DNA of 60,125 nucleotides from a virus (taxonomy: Duplodnaviria; Caudoviricetes), in IMG/VR virus record IMGVR_UViG_3300044626_000224, positions 1 through 60,125 of that record; one strand, given 5' to 3'. Below are positions 20,251-28,404 of this stretch, one piece after another. The notes beneath the pieces are model-generated. The model had not been told where the DNA came from, ran no database searches, and worked only from the letters and a program-made list of their open reading frames with translations. A program made the translations under genes and the position numbers. Position 1 is the first letter of the stretch, and every line of letters starts with the position of its first letter.

Positions 20251-21069
20251 ATGAGTAACCAATTAGACGGCATTGAGCCAAACGACATCATCAAGAAAGT
20301 AACAGGGAAGATCACCAAACTATACAAAGCAAGAAATGTAAATACAAAGTATGGCGAAAAGAACTTCCAAGATGGAGAAATTGAAATCGACGGAAACGCT
20401 TACAAAATAACTTTTTGTAATAATAAACAAAAAGATTCAGTAAAAAATAGAACTGTAACTTTGTCTTCAACTCGCGGTAAACAAGGGTTGAATGGAGTTA
20501 CATTTGCAGAAGAAAAATACGAGAACAAAGAAGGTAAGCAGGTTTGCAATCAAGTCATCAAGGTTTCAGCTTCAGCAAAAGTGGAATACGATGGAGTAAG
20601 TGAAGAGCCTGCCCGTGTTGCATCAACACCCAAGGTTATCGTAACCGATAATCCAGAGCAGGCACTCGATGAGATTGTGGAGCTTCACCAGTATATTGAT
20701 AGCCTCGTCCGCATGGCATACCTTGGCAAGATTACAGACGAAGAAACCCTTCGCTCGTATGTCTCGTCGGTATTCATCGAAGCTAACCGCAAAGGTATCC
20801 ACTACTCATCGAAGGTAGAAGCACCTAAGAAGGAAGAACCGAAAGCAGAGGAATTCGATCCAAAAGATTGGGCATCTGCTATCGTTCCAAGTGGTTCACA
20901 CAAGGGCGAGAAACTTGCCGAGATTGGCAAGAAAGACCTCACTAAACTCTATCAATTCTACTTGGAGAAAGGGTTCACAACTCCCTTCTCTAAGTGTGTA
21001 GAGCAAGCCGCAATAGACTTCAACCTCGATGCTCCTGTTGAAGAGGACGCAGACGAGATTCCATATTGA
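20251..21069 (+). CDS. Putative single-stranded DNA-binding protein
   Basis: OB-fold-like N-terminus; acidic tail ending DADEIPY; next to exonuclease. Confidence 0.55.
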   Translation: MSNQLDGIEPNDIIKKVTGKITKLYKARNVNTKYGEKNFQDGEIEIDGNAYKITFCNNKQKDSVKNRTVTLSSTRGKQGLNGVTFAEEKYENKEGKQVCNQVIKVSASAKVEYDGVSEEPARVASTPKVIVTDNPEQALDEIVELHQYIDSLVRMAYLGKITDEETLRSYVSSVFIEANRKGIHYSSKVEAPKKEEPKAEEFDPKDWASAIVPSGSHKGEKLAEIGKKDLTKLYQFYLEKGFTTPFSKCVEQAAIDFNLDAPVEEDADEIPY

Positions 21070-21111
21070 TTCTGTTCTCCCCAGAACACCTAACCTAAAC
21101 ACAAATACAAC

Positions 21112-22089
21112 ATGAAAAAGAAAGAATTAGAATTGTTCAGCCCAACTCAAGAGGGAGTTATTGTCCCTCTGTCAACCTACCTCCGTCACATGGGGGAGTT
21201 TGTTAAAACCGAATGGCCGGGGATCAACATCACCGAAGCTCACATCAAGAAGGCATGGAGCAAACTCCAGAAGAACGAATACCTTGGCGACGATGCGCCA
21301 GATGAAATGCTGGAGATGTATGAGAAGATGTCCGCTGACTTGGACATGGCTGAGGAAATGGAAAAGGAACGCGCCGCAACGTGGGATCGGATGGTCGGGC
21401 TAATTGATGTTGAAGTAACCGAGGATGAACCCAAGAACGAATCCCTCGCCCTTGTGGAGAGTGTAAAGGATGGTTTGGAATTGTCCTCATTCACTCAGAA
21501 GTTCGACATTGGATCGGGAATGACGCAGTGCGTTCCTAAAGGTAAGGTAGAGATGAAAGACTGGGTGGCGGCATTTGCATTCGGTCTGACTCTGGAGTCT
21601 GGCGCACAATGGATCATTGGTGATTCGGTGGTAGCCTTGGAGAATGCGGGGCATGAGGATGTAGTCAACCAACTCTGCTCCAACTTCAAGAAGAGCTATC
21701 CAACTGTCTCTGGTTACGCCCGTGCTTGCCGTGCCTTCCCTGCTGATAAACGCGATGCTACGCTTCCGTTCACTGTTTACAGGGAAATCGGCAACGCTAA
21801 CTTCGGTGAAGACTCCGCTAAGAAACAAAGTGAGCTTCTGGAAGCAGCGAAGACAGAGAAGCTATCCTCGACTGAGGTTCGCAACCGAGTGCGGCATGAG
21901 CAGGGTAAAGAAGTAGATAAACCATCCGGTCATCGCTTCCTTCTCCTCAATATCGGCAACTTCTCCAACTCAGAAGTCCTCCGCTCAATGCCCGAAGAAG
22001 TGCAAGAACACCAACTCTTGATCGACCTTGGCGACAAGTCATGGTTTGATCCAGCGGAAGGTGAATGGCTAAAATTCTTGAAGGAATAA
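21112..22089 (+). CDS. Putative DNA-binding protein with LmbU-like helical domain
   Basis: QWIIGD...YPTVSGYARACRAF...R...LPF..YREI resembles the LmbU-family W.GDW...YQTLRNYAWVAR.F...LSF.HH.EV pattern (by eye). Confidence 0.45.
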   Translation: MKKKELELFSPTQEGVIVPLSTYLRHMGEFVKTEWPGINITEAHIKKAWSKLQKNEYLGDDAPDEMLEMYEKMSADLDMAEEMEKERAATWDRMVGLIDVEVTEDEPKNESLALVESVKDGLELSSFTQKFDIGSGMTQCVPKGKVEMKDWVAAFAFGLTLESGAQWIIGDSVVALENAGHEDVVNQLCSNFKKSYPTVSGYARACRAFPADKRDATLPFTVYREIGNANFGEDSAKKQSELLEAAKTEKLSSTEVRNRVRHEQGKEVDKPSGHRFLLLNIGNFSNSEVLRSMPEEVQEHQLLIDLGDKSWFDPAEGEWLKFLKE

Positions 22090-22259
22090 TGAAAGAGCTT
22101 GCTGTATCAGAAAACATAACGATCCAAGCTGTTCTGCAATTTGAAATCAAGAAACGCTGGGAAGAAAGAACAGATTCATATTGGAAGAGAACAATCAAAT
22201 CATATGTGAAAGCATTAAGAGCATTTAGAAACAACCACATTTACCTAAAAGAAAAATGA
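22089..22259 (+). CDS. Small hypothetical protein (paralogue of 27484-27627)
   Basis: ATG overlaps upstream stop; W..R...YWKR.IKSYVKALR motif. Confidence 0.55.
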   Translation: MKELAVSENITIQAVLQFEIKKRWEERTDSYWKRTIKSYVKALRAFRNNHIYLKEK

Positions 22260-22399
22260 AAAAAGATTACGAAGATGATCCAGAAGCCTATTGGCAGGAT
22301 AAAGCAGACCGGAAAGAACAAGACGGCAAAGAGAAACTAACCCGTTGGGAAAAAGAAAACCCAGAGTGGCCCTACGGATTCAAACCAAAAGATTGTTAA
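22256..22399 (+). CDS. Small hypothetical protein (47 aa, MKKDYEDDPEAYW...), not in ORF track
   Basis: Start/stop overlaps with both neighbours. Confidence 0.55.
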   Translation: MKKDYEDDPEAYWQDKADRKEQDGKEKLTRWEKENPEWPYGFKPKDC

Positions 22400-22686
22400 T
22401 GATAGACCAAGACATCAATGAGAAAATTGCCTTCGCGCAAAATATCTGCTTCAATGGTTATTACAAAACGCCAAGCGGGTTTGTAGTAGGTTGTCCAGAT
22501 TATGTGGAAGATTTGAATGCTGTCCATATAGCAGAGGAAAATCTACTAACCGATCCATATGTGCGAAGAAAATACTATGAGACGTTGGATAAGATGACTG
22601 GCGACCAATGGAATACAATTGTAGCATCTGCTCGCGCAAGATCAGTTGCACTCTTGAAAACACTCGGAAAATGGCAAGAACAATGA
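22399..22686 (+). CDS. Phage ABA-sandwich-like protein
   Basis: IN..IA...PDY..DLNA.H.AE...A.AR.R..ALLKTLGKW; paralogue at 36611-36913. Confidence 0.55.
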   Translation: MIDQDINEKIAFAQNICFNGYYKTPSGFVVGCPDYVEDLNAVHIAEENLLTDPYVRRKYYETLDKMTGDQWNTIVASARARSVALLKTLGKWQEQ

Positions 22687-22928
22687 TTCAAAAAATCTTA
22701 GTGAAGCTATGCGTGTTCTCATCTAAACAACTCATAGGCATTGCTAACAAAGCATTGAATGATAGGCAGGAAATCTTAGAGAGATCAGAGAAAGAAAAAG
22801 CGAGACTCCAAACTATCAACTCACGCTTGCTGGTAAGGCTGGCTATGACAGAGAGAGCGCGAAACGAAGCTGAAGCAGAAGTGCAAAGGCTAACCAACTT
22901 AGAAATAGCAAGACAACAAAACAAATAA
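22683..22928 (+). CDS. Coiled-coil hypothetical protein
   Basis: ATGA overlap at 22683. Confidence 0.5.
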   Translation: MIQKILVKLCVFSSKQLIGIANKALNDRQEILERSEKEKARLQTINSRLLVRLAMTERARNEAEAEVQRLTNLEIARQQNK

Positions 22929-22931
22929 TTT

Positions 22932-23213
22932 ATGTCAGAACCAACACAACAAAACGAAACCTCGAAAGCGGTGATGGAAGCATTTACTTTCATCAAGTCC
23001 GGCGACGAGACACTAAACGAACGAGTCCACGCAATGGCAAGCCTGTTGCATACAGCAGCAATGATGGTAGTCCGATCCGAATCCCGTAAAGGTGAAGGGT
23101 TTGAAGCTATCCGCTATTTGGAAACGGCATTCCTTTACTACAAAGAAAGCCAATTCCGCAAGCGATTCGATACTGAAGAGGAGAAAGAAGAGCCTTCTCG
23201 GATTATCAGCTAA
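22932..23213 (+). CDS. Hypothetical protein
   Basis: 93-aa ORF ending just before a palindrome and terminator. Confidence 0.6.
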   Translation: MSEPTQQNETSKAVMEAFTFIKSGDETLNERVHAMASLLHTAAMMVVRSESRKGEGFEAIRYLETAFLYYKESQFRKRFDTEEEKEEPSRIIS

Positions 23214-23235
23214 AGTATCGTAACCGATAAAAACA

Positions 23236-23281
23236 AAAAAGCCCACCTTGGATTTCTCCTCGGTGGGCTTCTTGCTTTTTA
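23236..23281. terminator. Bidirectional terminator between convergent operons
   Basis: AAAAAGCCCACC...GGTGGGCTT stem with A-run on one side and T-runs on the other. Confidence 0.75.
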
Positions 23282-24913
23282 GGCAGTCACTTCTTTCGGT
23301 GCTACTGATATCGTTCCATCTACCTCACCATCCATGAGGGTATCCATGCGCTTGAGTTTAGCGTCAAGCGAACTGCATACTGACTCTTCGATGTCTACAC
23401 CAGCGGCGTAGATGAGATACTGAATCGACTTGGACTTACCACCAGCGCGATGGACTCGACCAAGAACCTGCTTGAGATCAAAGACCGAGTAGGTTGGCAT
23501 GATGAGAGCAACACGGGAGTATTTGCCGTTGAGATCGTGAAGGTTCAGACCCTCTCGACAGGCTTGGATAATGCCGATTATAACTCTCGACTTGTCATTC
23601 TGGAATGAGTCGATGTTGCCTCTTCGGACAATATCACTCTGACCTCCGCGAATGGAGCAGGTAGTCTTGAGTTCTTCTTCCATAAACTTGAGAGTCTCGG
23701 TGAAGTTGACCGCAATGAAGACACTATTACCTTCTTCGATCAAATCCTTTACCATTGCACAGACTGCTGGTGCTTTGAAGAGTTCGATCTTCTGACGGGC
23801 ACGGGTCATCTCAGCGAGGACTGCACCCATCGAGGATGCGACATTCTCCTGCATTTTGATCTGCTCTACCCTCATAAGAAGGTCATCGTATTCTTTGGCA
23901 ATTTCACGGGCAGTATCCATGTCAAATGCTCTGGCTTGGATGAGTGTCTCTGGGAAGGCACTGCCAACATCAGATGGTTTGAGTCGATTACCTCGATCTG
24001 GAAAGATACGGCCATGAAGGTTCTTGAGAACTTTATTGTTACCCTTGAACTGCATACCGAACTGAGTGTTGTAGCATCCGTTGGCGTTGAGGAATCGGAA
24101 GAAGTCCCTACCACCTTGATGAAGACCAAGGAACTGCCCGATTGCCCACATCTTTGTAGGATCATCAGCTATCGTAGCCGATAATGCTATGGTGGGGATG
24201 TTCTGGACTACAGCATCGCGGAGCAGGAAGGCATTCTGTGTGTTACCTTGAGCCTTGGCGCGGTGAACCTCATCGAAGATAAGATCGGTATCTGACGGCA
24301 GCATGAATTGGAATTCCTTCTTCTTATCATCTGTCCACCTACCAATCTTACTCTTGCCGGTCTTGACCCACTCCCACCCACAGACCTCGTAGGTTTCAAC
24401 GCCAAGGTATTTGGCAAGCCTATGCCAGTCGGTGGTGATGGGTTTAGGGCAGATCACAGCAACGCGCCTGCCACGCTCACGGGCCACAGCAAGGGCGATA
24501 GCAGTCTTACCCATGCCAGTGCCATGCCCAAGCAATGCACGATTGTATTTAGACATGGAACGAAGTGCCAACTGAACTGAAGTAAGTTGATACTCAAATA
24601 ACTTTTCGGGATACAAGAGTGGAGGAAGGTCATACTTAACCTCCGGTTCTACCTTCTCTGGTGAGGAGGAAGGGATTGTCGGAAACGATAAATCGGCGCG
24701 TGACCACCAAGCAATCTCCCATTCATCTCTGAACTTGGAAAGCTGAAGACCTAAGTCTCCCATAGCTTGTTTGTAGTCATCTTTATCTTCTCGGTATAAA
24801 GCCCAGAACTCCGAGGTGACGCTCGCCTTCCGAAGAAGACGAGGGCCACGCTTGGTGGAAGTGGACATAGGTTGAGAGAACTCAAGAGTATCGAGTAATG
24901 CTTTTAGGTTCAT
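23279..24913 (-). CDS. Superfamily 2 (SNF2/DEAH-like) helicase
   Basis: GTGMGKT Walker A, IFDEVHRAK, LSAT, EGLNL, QVLGRVHRAG. Confidence 0.9.
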   Translation of the reverse strand: MNLKALLDTLEFSQPMSTSTKRGPRLLRKASVTSEFWALYREDKDDYKQAMGDLGLQLSKFRDEWEIAWWSRADLSFPTIPSSSPEKVEPEVKYDLPPLLYPEKLFEYQLTSVQLALRSMSKYNRALLGHGTGMGKTAIALAVARERGRRVAVICPKPITTDWHRLAKYLGVETYEVCGWEWVKTGKSKIGRWTDDKKKEFQFMLPSDTDLIFDEVHRAKAQGNTQNAFLLRDAVVQNIPTIALSATIADDPTKMWAIGQFLGLHQGGRDFFRFLNANGCYNTQFGMQFKGNNKVLKNLHGRIFPDRGNRLKPSDVGSAFPETLIQARAFDMDTAREIAKEYDDLLMRVEQIKMQENVASSMGAVLAEMTRARQKIELFKAPAVCAMVKDLIEEGNSVFIAVNFTETLKFMEEELKTTCSIRGGQSDIVRRGNIDSFQNDKSRVIIGIIQACREGLNLHDLNGKYSRVALIMPTYSVFDLKQVLGRVHRAGGKSKSIQYLIYAAGVDIEESVCSSLDAKLKRMDTLMDGEVDGTISVAPKEVTA

Positions 24914-24921
24914 TATGCTTT

Positions 24922-25223
24922 TTATTCTACTTTTCCAATAGCCTTTAGTGCATGAGCGAGAATATCTGCCCGTGTATCATTTGGACTAACTACCATCGCG
25001 GCGATGTCCTGCAATGCAGTCAATAGTAGTTTCTCACGGGCAGTCATGCCGCGCTTGCGTGTATGTTTTTTCCAGTTGGTATTCATTTTGATTTTTTAGT
25101 AGGTTGAGGTTTTGGATAGACCGAAGAACGAAACTTCGGCACATTGTTATCGCAGTGGCGAATGATGCGGATGTATGCCTCCGGTGGAAGGCAGGTTGGT
25201 TGGTTTTTCTCTGTTGCACTCAT
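24922..25223 (-). CDS. Two small coupled ORFs (25083-25223, 46 aa; 24922-25086, 54 aa), not in ORF track
   Basis: Hand translation; ATGA overlaps chain them to 25220-25456. Confidence 0.5.
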
Positions 25224-25456
25224 TGGTTATATTTGTTGCTGATGTGTTGGATGAGTTGATCAAGCACAGACTGCTTGTTACCTTTGAATCCAAAGTCTTT
25301 CTTAACTTTAGCATAGACTGATCCTTTGCTGTGCTTCATGCCAGCGACTTCTAACTTGAGTGCTGACTTTAGTCGAAGAAGAGCATAAAGCTCAAACTCT
25401 TGTGGTTCGATTATAGTATACATAGGTTTCTGTTTGTATAGGTTATGTGTTCTCAT
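25220..25456 (-). CDS. Small early phage protein
   Basis: LKSALKLEVAGMK..KGSVYA.VKK.FGFKGNKQSVL; ATG directly after hairpin element (the longer track ORF runs through non-coding structure). Confidence 0.65.
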   Translation of the reverse strand: MRTHNLYKQKPMYTIIEPQEFELYALLRLKSALKLEVAGMKHSKGSVYAKVKKDFGFKGNKQSVLDQLIQHISNKYNQ

Positions 25457-25529
25457 TGGGTTTTTCCAGTAGCACCATGCTACCAGACTGCTCCCCACTA
25501 TCGTGAACGATAATGAGGAGAGTGTCTGG

Positions 25530-25748
25530 TTACTTCCAAATCGGGCCGAGGGACTCCAAGTATCTATACATTGGAGTGAACATAGGGATAAGACGCGACT
25601 GACCATCGCGGCGAATCCACTCGCACCCATGCATTTTACCATTGCTCCAATACCAAGCGGAACATCTACCAGTAAAATTGGGAGATGTGATCTTGTGAAG
25701 AGCAAAGCCTTGCTTGCCTTCGTTGAATAATACTTTTTGTATGTTCAT
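25530..25748 (-). CDS. Small early protein
   Basis: Stop codon abuts hairpin element; ATGA overlap with upstream gene. Confidence 0.55.
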   Translation of the reverse strand: MNIQKVLFNEGKQGFALHKITSPNFTGRCSAWYWSNGKMHGCEWIRRDGQSRLIPMFTPMYRYLESLGPIWK

Positions 25749-26164
25749 GGGCAGGCGTGGTTGTAGCAATCTTCTGGTGAGTTGAATGGGCCTTGAGACA
25801 TAGCCATGTCATCATAGTAATACCAACCCGGATGTTCGATGCCTGTCACTTGGAAAGGATCAACATTCTTGATGGCATCTTTGATGTTGTCGATGAACTC
25901 TTGAGCTTCTGGGAGCCAGCAATTATCATCATACTCAATCCAATTACCATCGCGGATCATGTGATCTTGATAGTTATTAACCTCCTCGCGGAAGGCAGTA
26001 TAGTCATATTCTTTGAGGACATCGCCAGCTGACATATGAGTGAATGGGCCGCCTACCTTGTAGAAGTCATATCTTTCATTGAGCATCTCGATAGTAGCTT
26101 CTTCGACATCTATGTATTCATGTTCATCATAGACTCTTTCTTCTAAGTATTGTTCTCTTGTCAT
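25745..26164 (-). CDS. Acidic early protein
   Basis: 139 aa, Asp/Glu/Tyr-rich; VLKEYD.TAFRE motif. Confidence 0.65.
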   Translation of the reverse strand: MTREQYLEERVYDEHEYIDVEEATIEMLNERYDFYKVGGPFTHMSAGDVLKEYDYTAFREEVNNYQDHMIRDGNWIEYDDNCWLPEAQEFIDNIKDAIKNVDPFQVTGIEHPGWYYYDDMAMSQGPFNSPEDCYNHACP

Positions 26165-26258
26165 GTTATTGTATTTGGTTATTGTTTCGTGTTTTTCTAC
26201 TTACACCATGTAAGCAGACTGCTGGCATTATCGTTTCCGATAACACCAGAGTGTCTGA

Positions 26259-26488
26259 CTACGCCCAATACTTGCCGTCACATACGCGAATGACTTGTTT
26301 GTCTTTCTTTGTTATGATGGTGACAGGTTGTTTCTTGGGAGTGGTGGCGCGGACAACGCCGATTTGTTTGATGGGGATAGCATCGAATAGCTTTCGAGCC
26401 TTTACCTTAGTTATTTCGAGCATAGGATGAGAGTAGCTACTACTACTTGGAAGAGCATGATGAGTATGAGAAGGTTTCTTACACTCAT
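26259..26488 (-). CDS. Two small ORFs: 26411-26488 (25-aa hydrophobic peptide) and 26259-26423 (54-aa basic protein)
   Basis: Hand translation; first overlaps upstream stop (ATGA), second ends at a hairpin element. Confidence 0.45.
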
Positions 26489-27162
26489 GCTAAAGCCTCC
26501 ACAGCTTTACGCACTTGGTATCCATGAGGATTGATCCAGACAGATGGGAGAGATGAGCGGCGATAGTTGCCGTCACACAATCCACACTCTGAACAAGACA
26601 ATCCCTTGGCATCTGCGAGACATTCGATATCGTTAACGATAGGCTCGTTACTGACAGTGAATGTCCGAAGACCAAGGTTCTTAGCATACTCCACATTGCT
26701 GGAATTGGTAGATGCCATGAAGTATCTACCATATGATTTTGCAAGTGGCGCAGGCATAGAATGCCAATCATGGAAGTATCCTGTAATCCGCTTGGCGAGC
26801 TTGGCAATGTCATATACCATTTCCAAAGGAATGTGGGATGGATTACCATATGCGCCAAAGCGGACATAGGGGACAGAGAAGAAGTCATACCACTCGCGTG
26901 TCCCCATCTGAAGGTATTCATAGGAGCCGCGCTGATATGCTCGCCAGATAGCACCGAGAGGATTGTCAGAGACATAACAACCTTGCTTGGAAGCAAACTC
27001 GCATCCATTGCATTGGTTGTCTGCATCTGGGCCTTTCCTAGATTCGGTAGGATGCATACGAGCATCCATAATCCATATCTGGACAGACTTGCCTGTCTTT
27101 CTGTTGCTACTATTCCTTGTGGCGATTACCACAATATCGTTGGTTTCATGTATAATATACAT
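26485..27162 (-). CDS. Cys-rich Gp88-like phage protein (possible Fe-S / radical-SAM-related fold)
   Basis: S.N.KTG, C..C......GCY, VRFGAYG.P, GY.H.W, C...GL.C..CGLC, I.PHG; ATG at 27162 after hairpin element. Confidence 0.55.
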   Translation of the reverse strand: MYIIHETNDIVVIATRNSSNRKTGKSVQIWIMDARMHPTESRKGPDADNQCNGCEFASKQGCYVSDNPLGAIWRAYQRGSYEYLQMGTREWYDFFSVPYVRFGAYGNPSHIPLEMVYDIAKLAKRITGYFHDWHSMPAPLAKSYGRYFMASTNSSNVEYAKNLGLRTFTVSNEPIVNDIECLADAKGLSCSECGLCDGNYRRSSLPSVWINPHGYQVRKAVEALA

Positions 27163-27236
27163 TTGGTTTCGTGTTTTCCGACATGGTTGTATGTCAGACT
27201 GCCGCTCCCCGTTATCGTAAACGAGAAGCGGAGTGT

Positions 27237-27398
27237 CTAACTGCAAGCGTAAAAAGGGTGATATTCGCTTGCGATTGGGCGAGTCTTTAGGAAAGACGCT
27301 TTGAGTTTGCGTAAAACTCGCATTGCTTTTTCTTCCTTTTCTGGAGTATATTCCCAAATCTTTGATCGAATTCGACGGAGTTGTTTTTCGTAGTTCAT
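27237..27398 (-). CDS. Small basic early protein (53 aa), not in ORF track
   Basis: Lies exactly between two hairpin elements; stop TAG is inside the P1 stem. Confidence 0.6.
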   Translation of the reverse strand: MNYEKQLRRIRSKIWEYTPEKEEKAMRVLRKLKASFLKTRPIASEYHPFYACS

Positions 27399-27483
27399 AA
27401 TTCTTTATTTGTTTCGTGTTTTCGCTGATTGGTTGTAATCAGCCTGCTGCCCTAATATCGTAAACGATACCAGAGCAGAGTGG

Positions 27484-27627
27484 CTAACTACGCAGGTAGC
27501 GCAGGGCGTCGATGTAGGAACGAACCCGCTTTCTGAAGTAAGGTAGATGGCGCAACCGCCAGCATTCCTTGATGGATTTTAAGGTAGCAACATGGAGTGT
27601 TACCTTGATGTCGTATGGAATAGTCAT
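27484..27627 (-). CDS. Small early protein (47 aa), paralogue of 22089-22259
   Basis: ATGA overlap; W..R...YFRKRVRSYIDALR; stop inside P1 stem. Confidence 0.6.
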   Translation of the reverse strand: MTIPYDIKVTLHVATLKSIKECWRLRHLPYFRKRVRSYIDALRYLRS

Positions 27628-27863
27628 TCGATGATAAGAAGCCCCATTGTTAAGAGTTCCTCCATGCCATACACCTTGCGTTCACCGCAGCACTCACAAA
27701 GATACTTGCGAGCGTCTGGCTCAACACCATCTACTTCCTCACCGCAGGTTAAGCACCATCCGGGAGAGTCCATGCCGAACATGATTTGCTCCATCTCTTC
27801 GGTGGAAACGACAGGAACGATATACTCGTTACCTTTATCGGATACGATAGTCTTCGTAGTCAT
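27624..27863 (-). CDS. Zn-ribbon protein
   Basis: GWCLTCG...VEPDARKYLCECCG. Confidence 0.7.
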   Translation of the reverse strand: MTTKTIVSDKGNEYIVPVVSTEEMEQIMFGMDSPGWCLTCGEEVDGVEPDARKYLCECCGERKVYGMEELLTMGLLIIE

Positions 27864-28099
27864 TAGAAGCCCTCCGGTTTGAATCCTTCCTCACCGCGAA
27901 GAAAGCCCTTGGAGAACGCTGTAATGCAAGCGTCAAGGACAGCGGCGGGAACATGACCATAGGTCATAACATGGGAACCATTGTGCATAACGGAATAGCC
28001 CTTGCCATTTCCAGATGCTTGGCATGAGAGTTCAAAATGAACTCCAGTGACATTAAACAGGTAATCCAACCTGTCGCGTAATAATTTTCGTGTTATCAT
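27863..28099 (-). CDS. First early gene, hypothetical
   Basis: ATG at 28099 after ACACGAAACAA leader. Confidence 0.6.
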   Translation of the reverse strand: MITRKLLRDRLDYLFNVTGVHFELSCQASGNGKGYSVMHNGSHVMTYGHVPAAVLDACITAFSKGFLRGEEGFKPEGF

Positions 28100-28298
28100 T
28101 TGTTTCGTGTGTTGTGACTCTGCGTTTGCGTTATGCTTTACGGGATTGTCACCGCTTTGAATTATCGGATACGATAACCAAATCCGCATTAACCTCGCCG
28201 TCCATAACAGACGACAAGGCCACGAAAAACCGAAACTGAAAACCTGAAATTGAAATGATCGATTGTCGTGGGAAAACTACTCTTCCCCGACTTTCAAT

Positions 28299-28327
28299 AG
28301 TCTACCACAAGTCACCCCTTTTGTCAA
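28299..28327 (-). promoter_or_regulatory. Strong sigma70-type early promoter
   Basis: TTGACA-17 nt-TAGACT with TG extension on minus strand. Confidence 0.7.
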
Positions 28328-28404
28328 TAGTTTGATGTAATTATTTTACATTTAGTCAAAATATTTTTATTGAATTATCGTGTCAGATAAAATACATTCC
28401 CGCC

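Larger units (their letters stand above)
25469..27488 (-). repeat. Four copies of a structured intergenic element (25469-25529, 26200-26257, 27180-27241, 27424-27488)
   Basis: P1 stem (YAGMC/GKCTG), ACU/CA internal loop, 12-14 bp P2 stem carrying the palindrome, second small hairpin, A-rich leader (AAAACACGAAAC in three copies); compensatory changes between copies. Confidence 0.85.

Noticed and set aside
26485-27357. Extended N-termini of track ORFs 26485-27357, 25220-25705, 27863-28189, 41463-43472 and 48736-50187
   Set aside because: Extensions run through hairpin elements or other genes; internal ATGs with A-rich leaders fit better
25469-27488. Integron attC cassette array
   Set aside because: GTTAGAC/GTCTRAC ends resemble core sites but are in the opposite order to attC (RYYYAAC...GTTRRRY) relative to the genes; no integron integrase; G-U pairing points to RNA
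25469-28176. CRISPR array
   Set aside because: Repeats are not identical, spacing is hundreds of bp and the intervals are ORFs; the Cas4-like nuclease at 19148 is a common stand-alone phage gene
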